A DNA stretch of 64,000 bases from an uncultured Chloroflexia bacterium (GCA_963810095.1 CAWEMM010000007.1:352001-416000), one strand, 5' to 3'; counted from the stretch's first letter, positions 44,791 through 54,315 are shown. Numbers and translations: made by a program. The notes: a model not told the origin generated them from the sequence alone.

Positions 44791-45584
44791 TCGAGTACGA
44801 CCAGGGTCGTCATGCCCTCACCGCGGTGCGCTATCTCCAGCCGTTCCGCCAGGGGGGCTCGGTGCCCGCCCTCGTCGAGGCGGACGACGGCGAGCTGTAC
44901 GTGCTCAAGTTCCATGCGGCCGCGCAGGGCCGGCGGGCCCTCGTCGCCGAATTGATCGCGGGCGAGATCGGCCGGATGCTGGGCCTGCGCGTGCCCGAGC
45001 TGGCCTTCATCGACGTGGCGCCCGGCTTCGGCATGGGCGAGCCGCACCAGGAGATTCGCGAAACGCTCAACGCGAGCGCGGGGCTGAACCTGGGCCTGCG
45101 CTTCCTGCCCGACTCGCTCGAGTACAACCCGCTGCTCAAGCCGCCGCCCGCCCCGGAAGAGGCTGCGGCAATCGTCTGGTTCGACGCGTTCGTGACGAAC
45201 GTCGACCGCACCCCGCGCAACGTCAACATGCTCCTCTACCAGCACGCGGTGTGGTTGATCGATCACGGCTCGGCCCTCTTCTTTCACCACAGCCCTAACT
45301 GGTATGCCCAGCCCGAGCGGGCGCTGACCCCGTTCGCGCTGGTCAAAGACCATGTGCTGCTCCGCTTCGCCGGTCCGCTGCCCGAGGCCGACGCCTTGCT
45401 CAAGCCGCGCCTGCCCCAGGCCCAAGTCGAGCATGTGGTCGATCTCCTGCCCGATGCCTGGCTTAAGGACGGGGCCGAACCGGCCGAGCTGCGTGCCGGC
45501 TACCGGCGCTGGCTGACCGACCGGCTGGCCGCCTCCCAGGTCTTTGTCGACGAGGCTGAACGTGCCCGCACGCGCACCGTATGA
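44787..45584 (+). CDS. HipA-like kinase (HipA_2-type)
   Basis: GGSVPALVEADDGELYVLKF, LVAELIA, FDAFVTNVDRTPRNVNML, WLIDHG. Confidence 0.85.
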   Translation: MIEYDQGRHALTAVRYLQPFRQGGSVPALVEADDGELYVLKFHAAAQGRRALVAELIAGEIGRMLGLRVPELAFIDVAPGFGMGEPHQEIRETLNASAGLNLGLRFLPDSLEYNPLLKPPPAPEEAAAIVWFDAFVTNVDRTPRNVNMLLYQHAVWLIDHGSALFFHHSPNWYAQPERALTPFALVKDHVLLRFAGPLPEADALLKPRLPQAQVEHVVDLLPDAWLKDGAEPAELRAGYRRWLTDRLAASQVFVDEAERARTRTV

Positions 45585-45960
45585 GTACTCGGTGATCCGT
45601 ATCGTGCCTTGCGTCGAGCGCGAGGAATTTCTCAACGCGGGCGTGCTCCTCTTCTGCAAGGCGCACCGGTTCCTCGGCGCGCGGCTGGCGCTGAATGAGG
45701 AACGGCTGTTGGCGCTGCAGCCGTGCGCCGACGTTCCCGAGATCCGGAAGCAGCTCGAACTGATCGAGGCCATCGTGGACGGCGGCCGCGACGCAGGTGA
45801 GGTGGGCGTGCTGCCCCCGGCCGAGCGCTTCCGCTGGCTTGCCTCGCCGCGCAACACGGTCGTGCAGCCCTCGCCCGTCCATCCTGGGTTGTGCGACGAC
45901 CCACAAGCGGCGCTGGACGCCATTTTTGTGCGGCTGGTGCCCTTGAGGATATGCCCTTGA
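45562..45960 (+). CDS. DUF3037 domain protein
   Basis: YEYSVIRIVP.VEREEFLNAGV..ERFRWLASPRNTVVQPSPVHPGL; overlaps the kinase gene. Confidence 0.85.
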   Translation: MPARAPYEYSVIRIVPCVEREEFLNAGVLLFCKAHRFLGARLALNEERLLALQPCADVPEIRKQLELIEAIVDGGRDAGEVGVLPPAERFRWLASPRNTVVQPSPVHPGLCDDPQAALDAIFVRLVPLRICP

Positions 45961-46632
45961 CTCGCATCGCGGAAAAGGTGACGGCCCTGATCGTGCGGGA
46001 CACAGGCCGGGGACGCCAGGTCTTGTTGTTCCGCCATCCCAGCGCCGGCATTCAGATCCCGGCAGGCACTGTCGAAGAGGGCGAAGCCCCAATCGACGCC
46101 GCGCTGCGTGAGGCGCAGGAGGAGAGCGGGCTGCGCGACCTCGCAATCGTGCGGCCCTTGGGCGTGCGAGAGGTCACGACGCCGGAAGACCGCGCGACTG
46201 CTCGCAACGGCCTGCACTGTCTACTCGCGGCCCGACCCGACCAGTTGGGACTGGGTTCACCTCCAGCGGGGCCTGCTGGTCTACATGGTGCGCCGGGAAG
46301 ACGATTGGGTGCAGATCGACTTCCGCGAGGCCAACCGCTTTCCGAACCCCGACTACCTGACCTTCCAGGTCATCGGCTGGGTGCGCGCCGAGGTCCTGGC
46401 CACGATGGTGCGCCGCCACTTCTACCTCCTGACTCCGACCGCCCCAACCCCTGACGACGAATGGGCGGTCAACATCGACTATCATGTCTTCCGACCATTC
46501 TGGGCCCCGCTCGACGAGGTGCTCCAAGACAGGGGCGACATCGTCGAGCCGCAGCGCGAATGGCTCGATTTTCTGCGGGATTCATCTGATGCGACACCTT
46601 TACAACCTGGATCCATCCGTCCATTTCCTTAA
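45951..46632 (+). CDS. NUDIX hydrolase with an inserted SH3-like segment (frameshift near 46195)
   Basis: Nudix box AGTVEEGEAPIDAALREAQEESGL; insert VYSRPD..WVQI..GWV; fold resumes at RHFYLL. Confidence 0.75.
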
Positions 46633-47773
46633 TCACGGCTCCTTCGGCGCGTGTCCGAGGCCGGTCTTCGAGGCCTATCAGCGCTGGCAGATGGCCGAAG
46701 AACGCCAGCCGGTCGAGTTCCTGGGCCGCCGGGTGAATACCTTGCTGGCCGAGAGCCGGGCCGCGCTCGCCGTGTACCTGCACGTGGGGGCCGACGACCT
46801 GGTCTACTTTCCCAACCCAACCACGGCCGTCAATATGGTCGCCCGCAGCCTGATCCGGCGGGCGCGCGCCGATGGGGGCTGGAGCCTTCAGCGAGGCGAC
46901 GAAATCCTGACGACGGATCACGAGTACGGCGCACTCGACCGCACGTGGGATTATGTCTGCGGCGAGACCGGCGCGCAGTACCGCCACCGGCCGGTCCCGC
47001 TCCCGCTGCCCGCACCGCAGGATTTCGTCGAGCAGTTTTGGGCCGGCGTCACGCCGCGCACCAAGATCATCTATCTCTCGCATATCACCAGTCCCACCGC
47101 GGTGATCTTTCCGGTCGCGGAGATCTGCCGCCGGAGCCGCGAGGCCGGCATCCTGACGATTGTCGACGGCGCGCACGCACCGAGCCAACTGCCGCTCGAC
47201 GTCTCGGAGGTGGGCGCGGACATCTATGTGGGTGCGTGCCACAAGTGGCTGTCTGCGCCGAAGGGGAGCGCGTTCCTGCATGCCCGGCCCGAGGTCCAGC
47301 CGTGGCTCGAGCCGCTCGTAGTCAGTTGGGGCTGGCAGTCCGACGATCCCAGCGCATCGCCGTTCATCGACTGGCACGAGTGGCAGGGGACGCGCGACGT
47401 CTCCGCGTTTCTGACCGTGCCCGACGCGATCCGGTTCCAGGCCGAGCACGATTGGGCAGCGGTGCGCCGCGGCTGCCACGCCCTCGCAGTCGAAACGCGC
47501 GACCGCCTCGTCGACCTGACCGGCGTCCCGCCGGTCTGCGACGAGAGCGCCTTCGGCCAGATGTTCGCGGCCGAGCTGCCGCCCTGCGACCTCGACGCGC
47601 TCAAACGGCGGCTGTACGACGAATACCGGGTCGAAGCGCCCGTGATCCGCTGGGGCGGGCGCTGCTTTATCCGGGTCTCGTTCCAGGCGTACAATGACCG
47701 GTCGGACGCCAACGCGCTTGTCGACGCGCTCCGGGTCCTCCTGCCCGAGGTCACCCGTGGTACAGCGCGCTGA
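46589..47773 (+). CDS. Aminotransferase class V PLP enzyme (isopenicillin-N epimerase/C-S lyase-like)
   Basis: FLNHGSFGACP, SHITSPTA, VDGAHAP, GACHKWLSAPKG (PLP-binding Lys). Confidence 0.9.
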   Translation: MRHLYNLDPSVHFLNHGSFGACPRPVFEAYQRWQMAEERQPVEFLGRRVNTLLAESRAALAVYLHVGADDLVYFPNPTTAVNMVARSLIRRARADGGWSLQRGDEILTTDHEYGALDRTWDYVCGETGAQYRHRPVPLPLPAPQDFVEQFWAGVTPRTKIIYLSHITSPTAVIFPVAEICRRSREAGILTIVDGAHAPSQLPLDVSEVGADIYVGACHKWLSAPKGSAFLHARPEVQPWLEPLVVSWGWQSDDPSASPFIDWHEWQGTRDVSAFLTVPDAIRFQAEHDWAAVRRGCHALAVETRDRLVDLTGVPPVCDESAFGQMFAAELPPCDLDALKRRLYDEYRVEAPVIRWGGRCFIRVSFQAYNDRSDANALVDALRVLLPEVTRGTAR

Positions 47774-47978
47774 CCTAATCGCCGCCAAAGCCGAGGTGCA
47801 GGCGCGTATCCGCAGCTTGCGCCCGAAGGTCGAAGCGGCGCGGGCCGGCGCGGAAGCTTCGGCGGGAACCCGCGGGAGCCGGCTTGCCGCGCAGGCCGCG
47901 GCGCTCCAGGCCGAGTTGGACGGCCTGATGGCCGAAGAATCACGCCTGCGCCTCGAGATCGACCGGGCTCCCCACTAG
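47757..47978 (+). CDS. Small coiled-coil hypothetical protein
   Basis: GAGG RBS; VQRADLIAAKAEVQARIRSL..LQAELDGLMAEESRLRLEIDR heptad pattern. Confidence 0.6.
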   Translation: MVQRADLIAAKAEVQARIRSLRPKVEAARAGAEASAGTRGSRLAAQAAALQAELDGLMAEESRLRLEIDRAPH

Positions 47979-48088
47979 CGCGCGCTCCGCTGCACCCACC
48001 GGGTCGCCGGCCGCAGCGCCGGCTCAGGCAATTTTCCCCGCAATCCCCGTAAGTTGCCGTAACTTCCCCTGTTTCGTTCGTTTATATC

Positions 48089-48117
48089 TTGTGCGACACT
48101 TGCGCATGTGCTATAGT
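48089..48117 (+). promoter_or_regulatory. Putative sigma70 promoter of the SARP gene
   Basis: TTGTGC-N17-TATAGT with TG extension; implies a leader of about 225 nt. Confidence 0.55.
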
Positions 48118-48184
48118 GCCAGTACCATGGGCGGACGGTGATTCACTGTCACGTCCCATTCGCTGCCTGGACCCAGGTCTTTGT

Positions 48185-48269
48185 GTCTATCTGAAACACG
48201 CTGGGGCCGGTCTCTGACCGTGCCCCAGCCGGCTCGGTAAGGGAACCGCCCGAGCATTCTCGGATAGGC
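48185..48269 (+). ncRNA. Candidate cis-regulatory structured RNA (loosely resembles c-di-GMP-II)
   Basis: Nested stems GTCTATCTGA/TCGGATAGGC, GCTGGGGC-CGGTC/GACCG-GCCCCAGC and GCTCGG/CCGAGC; GAAAC at the 5' side and GUA-N4-AACCG at the 3' side. Confidence 0.3.
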
Positions 48270-48348
48270 CCTTAGCAATTCCTGAGCCACGCGGCGTGCG
48301 CTCTGCCAGCAGGTAAGTGGGCCGGGCATCGCCCGGCAGGAGCGCACA

Positions 48349-49257
48349 ATGACCCTCTTGTCGATCCGACTTTTCGGGCGGCCGCGGGCTTGGCTGGGCG
48401 CGGACGCCGAGATCAAGTTTGCGCACACCGGCCAGACGCTGCTGGCCTACCTGCTGCTGCACCGCGACTTCAGCCCACGCGACCTGCTGGCATCGCTGTG
48501 CTGGGCCGAACAGCCCGAGGAGAGCGCCCGCAGCTGTCTGAACACGGCCCTCTGGCGCCTCCGCAGCTCGCTCGAACCCGGCCCAACCGCCCGCGGAACG
48601 TACCTTCTCACGAGCCCGGCTGGCGAGGTCGGTTTCAACTGGGAAAGCCAGCACTGGCTGGACCTGGCGGAGTTCGAGCACGTGATCGCGTCCGCGCTCG
48701 CCCGGTCCCCCGCACAACTCGCCCAGGCAGAGATCGCCGCGTTGGAACGGGCGCTTGACCTCTACAGTGGCGACCTGCTTGAAGGGTTTTACGACGATTG
48801 GGCGCTGCGGGAACGCGAGCGCCAACGTGGGCTGTACTTGGATGGACTGCAGCACCTGATGTCGCGGCACACGCTCGACGGGGCCTACCAGAAGGGCATC
48901 GCCGCGGGCCAGCGCATCCTGCGGCTCGATCCCCTGCGCGAAGACGTCCACCGGGACCTCATGCGCCTCTATGCGGCCAACGGGCAGCGCGCGCTCGCCG
49001 TCCGCCAGTACACGGTGTGCCGCGAGACACTGCACGTCGAGTTGGGCATCCCGCCCATGGACGAAACGGAAGCCTGTTACCGTGAAGTGCTCGCAGCGCG
49101 TCGAGCGGTTGCGGGCGTCGCGCCTGCACTGCCAACCAGGCCCGACCTTGCGAGCGCGCTCGCTGAGCTTGATGCTGCTCGGCGGCAGCTTCAGACGGCG
49201 CAGGAGCGGCTTAGCGAAGCTGTTTCAGCCATGGAGCAATTTGTACCGTGCTCGTAG
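48349..49257 (+). CDS. SARP/AfsR-family transcriptional activator (winged HTH plus BTAD domain)
   Basis: IRLFGRP, LLAYLLL..RDLLASLCW, LWRLR, WLDLAEFE, LYSGDLLEG, LDPLREDVHRDLMRLY..GQRALAVRQY..ELGIPP. Confidence 0.92.
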   Translation: MTLLSIRLFGRPRAWLGADAEIKFAHTGQTLLAYLLLHRDFSPRDLLASLCWAEQPEESARSCLNTALWRLRSSLEPGPTARGTYLLTSPAGEVGFNWESQHWLDLAEFEHVIASALARSPAQLAQAEIAALERALDLYSGDLLEGFYDDWALRERERQRGLYLDGLQHLMSRHTLDGAYQKGIAAGQRILRLDPLREDVHRDLMRLYAANGQRALAVRQYTVCRETLHVELGIPPMDETEACYREVLAARRAVAGVAPALPTRPDLASALAELDAARRQLQTAQERLSEAVSAMEQFVPCS

Positions 49258-49258
49258 G

Positions 49259-49316
49259 TCACATGCCTTCAATGTGATTCGGATGTGACCCGAATGTGAG
49301 TCCTTCCTGCTAGCAT
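49259..49316 (+). promoter_or_regulatory. Putative SARP-activated promoter of the eCIS operon
   Basis: ATGTGA at 49272, 49283 and 49294 (11-bp period), inverted TCACAT at 49259, then TGc-TAGCAT -10 at 49311; no clear -35. Confidence 0.6.
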
Positions 49317-49344
49317 GCCGCTGTCATTTGACGGCGGCTTTTTT
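49317..49344 (+). terminator. Intrinsic terminator downstream of the SARP gene
   Basis: GCCGCTGTC-ATTT-GACGGCGGC followed by T6. Confidence 0.75.
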
Positions 49345-49397
49345 GTGCGCGCCGCTGCGGGGGCGCCGCAGCGTGCAGCCCTGGCCCAAGTGAGGAC

Positions 49398-49601
49398 ATG
49401 GCAGAGGACGGCGACCGGAATGTCTTCATCGTGCGCATTTGGCGCGAGCCGCGCGAGTCCGAGGCCGCGCCGACCGAGTGCCGTGGCGTAGTGGAACACG
49501 TGGCGTCGGGCCAGCGGCGCTTCTTCCGTGAGCTTGGCGACCTGGACGAGTTCATCCAACGCCTGAGCTGTCTCGGGGAATCGAAAACGAGCAGGAGGTA
49601 A
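49398..49601 (+). CDS. Small hypothetical protein, first gene of the eCIS operon
   Basis: GAGGA RBS; FIVRIWRE..RGVVEHVASGQRRFF..L..F; its 3' end contains the sheath RBS. Confidence 0.7.
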   Translation: MAEDGDRNVFIVRIWREPRESEAAPTECRGVVEHVASGQRRFFRELGDLDEFIQRLSCLGESKTSRR

Positions 49602-49603
49602 CC

Positions 49604-51121
49604 ATGCCCGTCACGCCCACATATCCGGGGGTGTACATCGAGGAAGTCCCCAGCGGGGTGCGGACCATTGCCGGCGTCGCCACGTCGATCGCGGCCTTTG
49701 TCGGTTGGTCGGGGCGCGGCCCCACGGATCGCGCCCGGCTCATCTCCAGCTGGGCCGACTTCGAGCGGCTCTACGGCGGCCTGGACGCGCGGAGCCTTCT
49801 CGGCTACGGCGTCTACCACTTCTTCAACAACGGCGGGCAGCAGGCTCACATCATTCGCCTCGCGGCCGCCAACGCGGACGTCGCCACCAAGACGATCGAC
49901 GGCAAGCTGATCGTGGACGCGGCGAACGCGGGCGACTGGGGCGAGCAGTACGGGGTCAGCATCAAGCGTCGCACGCCCGGCGAGTTGCCTTTTCGCCTGC
50001 AGGTGCTGTACCGGCCTAATCCGAGCGACACGCCGGTCGTGGTGGAGTCGTTTGAGAACGTCTCGCTCGATCCGCTGGACCCCCGTTTCGTCGGCAACGT
50101 GCTCGCCGCGTCGTCCGAGCTGATCACGGCCACGCTGGTCGACCCGAACGCAGCCCCTGCACCGTTCACCGCGGATTTTGCCGGCCCCGAAATGCTCGAG
50201 AACGGCGCACTCGGCGATATCCTCGCCCCGAACTCGAGCGCGTTTCACACGGCGCTGCAGGCGGGTGGGGGAACGGCAGGCGTCAACCTGCTCGACCGGG
50301 TGGACCTCTTCAACCTGCTCGTCGCGCCCGGCGAAACCGACGCGGCCGTACTCGGCCAACTCCAGAAGTATGCGCGCGACCACCGGGCCTTCCTGATTGC
50401 GGATGCGGCGGAGGATGCGACGTTCACCGGCCTCTCCACCGGTCCCGCTGGTGACCTCACTGGCGACAATGCGATCAACGCGGCCTTCTACTTCCCCTGG
50501 GTGCGGGCGGGCGACCCGCGGCAGGAGAATCGCTTGCGCGGCTTCCCGCCGTCGGGGTTCGTCGCCGGCATCTACGCCCGAACCGACGTCACCCGTGGGG
50601 TGTGGAAAGCGCCCGCGGGCGTCGACGCGAGCCTGACCGGCGTCTCGGGCGTGACCGTTCCGCTGACCGACCTGGAGAACGGCACGCTCAACCTGCGGGG
50701 CATCAACTGCGTGCGCAACTTCGCCGTCTACGGCACGGTCGTGTGGGGCGCGCGCACGCTGCGCGGCAACGACGAGGTCGGGTCCGAGTGGAAGTACGTG
50801 CCCATTCGCCGGCTGGCGCTCTACCTCGAAGAAAGCCTGTATCGCGGGCTCAAATGGGTGGTGTTCGAGCCAAACGACGAGCCGCTGTGGGCGCAAATCC
50901 GGCTGAACGTCGGCGCCTTCATGCACGACCTCTTCCGCCAGGGCGCGTTCCAGGGCGTCAGCCCGCGCGACGCCTATTTCGTCAAGTGCGACAAGGACAC
51001 GACGACGCAGAGCGACCGCAACCGCGGCATCGTCAACATCCTCGTCGGCTTCGCGCCGCTCAAGCCCGCCGAGTTCGTGATCCTCAAGATCCAGCAGATG
51101 GCGGGCCAGATTCAGGCATAA
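49604..51121 (+). CDS. Contractile tail sheath protein (Afp2/3/4-like)
   Basis: YPGVYIEEVPSG..TSIAAFVG; NAAFYFPW; GIYARTD..RGVWKAPAG; VWGARTL; YVPIRR; VVFEPN; APLKPAEFV. Confidence 0.96.
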   Translation: MPVTPTYPGVYIEEVPSGVRTIAGVATSIAAFVGWSGRGPTDRARLISSWADFERLYGGLDARSLLGYGVYHFFNNGGQQAHIIRLAAANADVATKTIDGKLIVDAANAGDWGEQYGVSIKRRTPGELPFRLQVLYRPNPSDTPVVVESFENVSLDPLDPRFVGNVLAASSELITATLVDPNAAPAPFTADFAGPEMLENGALGDILAPNSSAFHTALQAGGGTAGVNLLDRVDLFNLLVAPGETDAAVLGQLQKYARDHRAFLIADAAEDATFTGLSTGPAGDLTGDNAINAAFYFPWVRAGDPRQENRLRGFPPSGFVAGIYARTDVTRGVWKAPAGVDASLTGVSGVTVPLTDLENGTLNLRGINCVRNFAVYGTVVWGARTLRGNDEVGSEWKYVPIRRLALYLEESLYRGLKWVVFEPNDEPLWAQIRLNVGAFMHDLFRQGAFQGVSPRDAYFVKCDKDTTTQSDRNRGIVNILVGFAPLKPAEFVILKIQQMAGQIQA

Positions 51122-51150
51122 GCGCGCCGGTCGGCGCACAGGAGGCAGCC

Positions 51151-51672
51151 GTGGCACAGTTCAGCGTCAACGCACAGCGTTTCGACCCGTACAAAAACTT
51201 CAAGTTTCGGGTCAAGTGGGACGGCCGGTACGTGGCGGGCGTGAGCAAGGTCAGTGCGCTCAAACGCACGACGGAAGTCGTGAAGCACCGGGAGGGGGGC
51301 GATCCGTCATCCTCGCGCAAATCGCCGGGGCGGACCGAGTTCGAAGCGATCACGCTGGAACGGGGCGTGACGCACGATCCCGAGTTCGAGCGCTGGGCAA
51401 ACAAGGTGTGGAACTTCGGCTCGGGGCTGGGCGCAGAGGTGTCGCTGAAGGACTTCCGCAAGGACATCATCATCGAGGTATACAACGAGGCGGGCCAGCT
51501 GGCGCTGGCCTACCGGGTGTTCCGCTGCTGGGTCTCCGAGTTCCAGGCGCAGGCCGACCTCGACGCGAACGCCAACGCGGTCCTGATCCAGAGCTTGAAG
51601 CTGGAAAACGAAGGCTGGGAACGCGACCCTGAGGTCGTGGAGCCGGCCGAGCCGTCGTTCGTCGAACCTTGA
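51151..51672 (+). CDS. Tail tube protein (T4 gp19/Afp1-like)
   Basis: RFDPYKNFKFRVKWDG..REGGD..PGRTEFEAITLERGVT..RKDIIIEVYNEAG. Confidence 0.95.
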   Translation: MAQFSVNAQRFDPYKNFKFRVKWDGRYVAGVSKVSALKRTTEVVKHREGGDPSSSRKSPGRTEFEAITLERGVTHDPEFERWANKVWNFGSGLGAEVSLKDFRKDIIIEVYNEAGQLALAYRVFRCWVSEFQAQADLDANANAVLIQSLKLENEGWERDPEVVEPAEPSFVEP

Positions 51673-51683
51673 TCGAGGTCGTG

Positions 51684-52355
51684 ATGCGCGGGCTGACAGC
51701 AGAGGAAATCCTGGACCTGGCGGAGAAACCGGGTTTCTTTGGCGAAGGCGCGTCGGTCGGGCGGACCGATTCAGCCTTGCTGCAGCTTCGCGCGGCCACC
51801 TTCGGCCCCACGCTTCAGTGTGCCGTCGACTGCCCGGCCTGCGGAGCGACGCTCGAGTTCGCCGTTGACGCCGGCCAACTGTTGGCGTCCGCGGCCGAGG
51901 AGCAGGCGTCGTACCGGTGGAGCGGATTGGGCGCGGAGGTCGAGTACCGCTTGCCGTCCTACGCCGACGTCACTTCTCTGGCCGGCTGTGCCGATGCGAA
52001 GGCAGCGCAGGCTGCGCTGTTCGCCCGGCTGGTGCTGACCGCGTCGCTCGACGGGCAGCGGATCGAAGCGCGGGCCCTGCCTCCCGAGGTCGTGGAGGCG
52101 GTGGACGCGGCCATGGCCGAGGCTGACCCGCAGGCCGAGACCGAGTTCCGGCTCGACTGCGGCGAGTGTGGGCATGGGTGGGTGGTCCCGTTTGATCCGG
52201 CCGCCTACTTCGAGCGCGAGCTGGCGCACGAGGCGCGGCGTTTGATGGCCGAGGTGCATGTTCTGGCCGGCGCATACGGCTGGCGCGAGCCGGATATCCT
52301 TGCACTGAGCCCCGGCCGGCGCCGCATTTACCTGGAATGGGTGCTGGGCTCATGA
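51684..52355 (+). CDS. eCIS-associated protein with two CxxC pairs and a GpE/DUF6760-like C-terminus (putative tail assembly chaperone)
   Basis: CPACG, CGECG, EVHVLAGAYGWREPDILALSPGRRRIYL. Confidence 0.7.
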   Translation: MRGLTAEEILDLAEKPGFFGEGASVGRTDSALLQLRAATFGPTLQCAVDCPACGATLEFAVDAGQLLASAAEEQASYRWSGLGAEVEYRLPSYADVTSLAGCADAKAAQAALFARLVLTASLDGQRIEARALPPEVVEAVDAAMAEADPQAETEFRLDCGECGHGWVVPFDPAAYFERELAHEARRLMAEVHVLAGAYGWREPDILALSPGRRRIYLEWVLGS

Positions 52356-53014
52356 GTTACCTTGCGCATCTTGCCGCACGCGCCCTTGGCCTGAAGGGGG
52401 CGGCGATCCGCCCCGTGCTGGCGCCGTACTTCCTGCCCGTGGCCCCCGGGCGCCCGGCGCAGGGGGCGGAGGAACGTGGCGCGCCGCCGCAAGCACAGCC
52501 GGGCGTGCTGCCGCGAGATGGGGCGCTGCCGCCGCCGCAGGCGGCGGCAGCGCCCGCCGGGTTGCCTGGGGACCCGGTGGGTGACGGCGCACGGCTCATC
52601 CGCCCTCGCCGCGCACGTCGTGCAACCGCCCACTGTCGAACCGGCCCCGGCGGTTCCCCTTACCCCCCGGGACGAGGATGCGGCTGCGATTCGGCCCGTC
52701 CGGGAACCGGGGCACCCCGTGCCCGCGCCCCGGGCCGTCTCGGTGACGCCCGAGCGCAGCCCGCTAATGGCGGCCCGGCGCACCGTCGACGCCTTATATG
52801 CCGCGCCCGCCCGCCCCCGGGGCCGGCTCAGCCGGGCCCGGCCGAGCCGCCATCCGTCCATATCCACATCGGCCGGGTCGAGCTGCGAGCCGTGCCCGCG
52901 CCGCTCGGCCCACCCCAGCCCGCGGCGTCGGAAAGCGCCCGGCGTGTGGGCGAGCGCCGCGCCGGTTCCTCGCTCGAAGAGTACCTGGCGCGGCCGCACG
53001 GAGGTGGGTCATGA
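52352..53014 (+). CDS. Pro/Ala-rich eCIS-associated hypothetical protein (possible internal frameshifts)
   Basis: Ends typical of this gene position: MSYLAHLAARA.. and VHIHIGRVELRA..SLEEYLAR. Confidence 0.65.
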   Translation: MSYLAHLAARALGLKGAAIRPVLAPYFLPVAPGRPAQGAEERGAPPQAQPGVLPRDGALPPPQAAAAPAGLPGDPVGDGARLIRPRRARRATAHCRTGPGGSPYPPGRGCGCDSARPGTGAPRARAPGRLGDARAQPANGGPAHRRRLICRARPPPGPAQPGPAEPPSVHIHIGRVELRAVPAPLGPPQPAASESARRVGERRAGSSLEEYLARPHGGGS

Positions 53015-54311
53015 GCAACGCGCTCGCCATTGCAGCGGTTACGGCCGTCCTGCGCGACCTGCTCAACAACGGACTGGTCGAGGGCGACGTGCCCTCACAG
53101 GTCGGCGCGGTCCAGGTGACCGCCGTTCCTCCGAGCACGATCACGGTGGGGCAGGACGAGCCCGCCCGGCTCAACCTGTTCCTCTACCGCGTCACGCCAA
53201 ACCAGGGCTGGCGCAACGAGCGCCTGCCCTCGCGCTCTCCTGACGGCGCGCGCATGACCAACCCGGCCCTGGCGCTCGACCTGCATTACCTGCTGACCGC
53301 TTACGGCGGCGACGAGTTCGTGCCCGAAATCCTGCTCGGTTATGCCATGCAGCTGCTGCACGAGACGCCGTGCCTGACCCGGGATGCGATTCGTCAGGCG
53401 CTTGCGGCGCCTTCGCCCGTGGGCGGCGCAATCCTGCCGCCCGGCTTCAAGACCCTGGTCGCGGCCGACCTGGCCGACCAGGTAGAGCAGGTGAAGCTGA
53501 CGCCCGAAGCGCTGAGTATCGAGGACATGGGCAAGCTGTGGGGCGCGTTTGTCGCGCCCTACCGGCTCACCGCCGCCTATTCCGCCTCTGTCGTGCTCAT
53601 CGAGAGCCAGCGGTCGACCCGCAGCGCGCTGCCGGTGCTGAAGTACCGCAACTACGTGATCCCGCTGCTGCGCCCGACGATCACGGGCATCACGAGCGCT
53701 GCCCTGCCACCGGCCGATCCCCGCATTACGGCCGCGAGCACCGTGGTCATTTCGGGCGCAAACCTGCGCGGGCAGGTCACCCGCGTCCGCCTGGGCGAGT
53801 TCTTCGTCCCTGCTCCCAGCCTCGACGTGTCGGCCGACCGCATTGGCTTTCCGCTGGCCGGCATTGCCGGGCTTCGTGCGGGGGTGGTGCAGGTGCAGGT
53901 CGTCCACGAGCTGCTGATGGGCGAGCCCGACCCCGGCGTGGCCCACCGGGGCGTGGAGTCAAACCCGGGCGCGTTCGTCCTCCATCCGGCGATCACGGCT
54001 CCCGCCACCATTGCCGCGGGAGCAGGGTCCATCGCGATCGGTATCACGCCCGCGGTCGGCCCAGCCCAGCGGGTGACCCTGTACCTGGTGGAAAAGGGCG
54101 CGCCCGACGACCGGCCGGCTCGGGCGTACAGCTTTGCGGCGCCGAGCCAGAACGGCATCGCCTTACCCGCCACCGAGACCGCCTCGGTTGCCTTCCCGTT
54201 CGCCAACGTCGTCCCCGGCGACTACCTCGCCTACGTGCAGGTCGACGGTGCGGAGAGCCTTCTGGCTGTAGACGGGTCCGGGGTCCTCGCGTCGCCCGTG
54301 GTGACCGTCAC

Positions 54312-54315
<4 letters not shown>
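53011..54315 (+). CDS. DUF4255/Pvc16-like tail terminator with C-terminal IPT/Ig-like domains
   Basis: MSNALAIAAVTAVLRDLL, LNLFLYRVTPN..WRN, LDLHYLLTAYG, LGYAMQLLHETP, YSASVVLIE. Confidence 0.9.
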
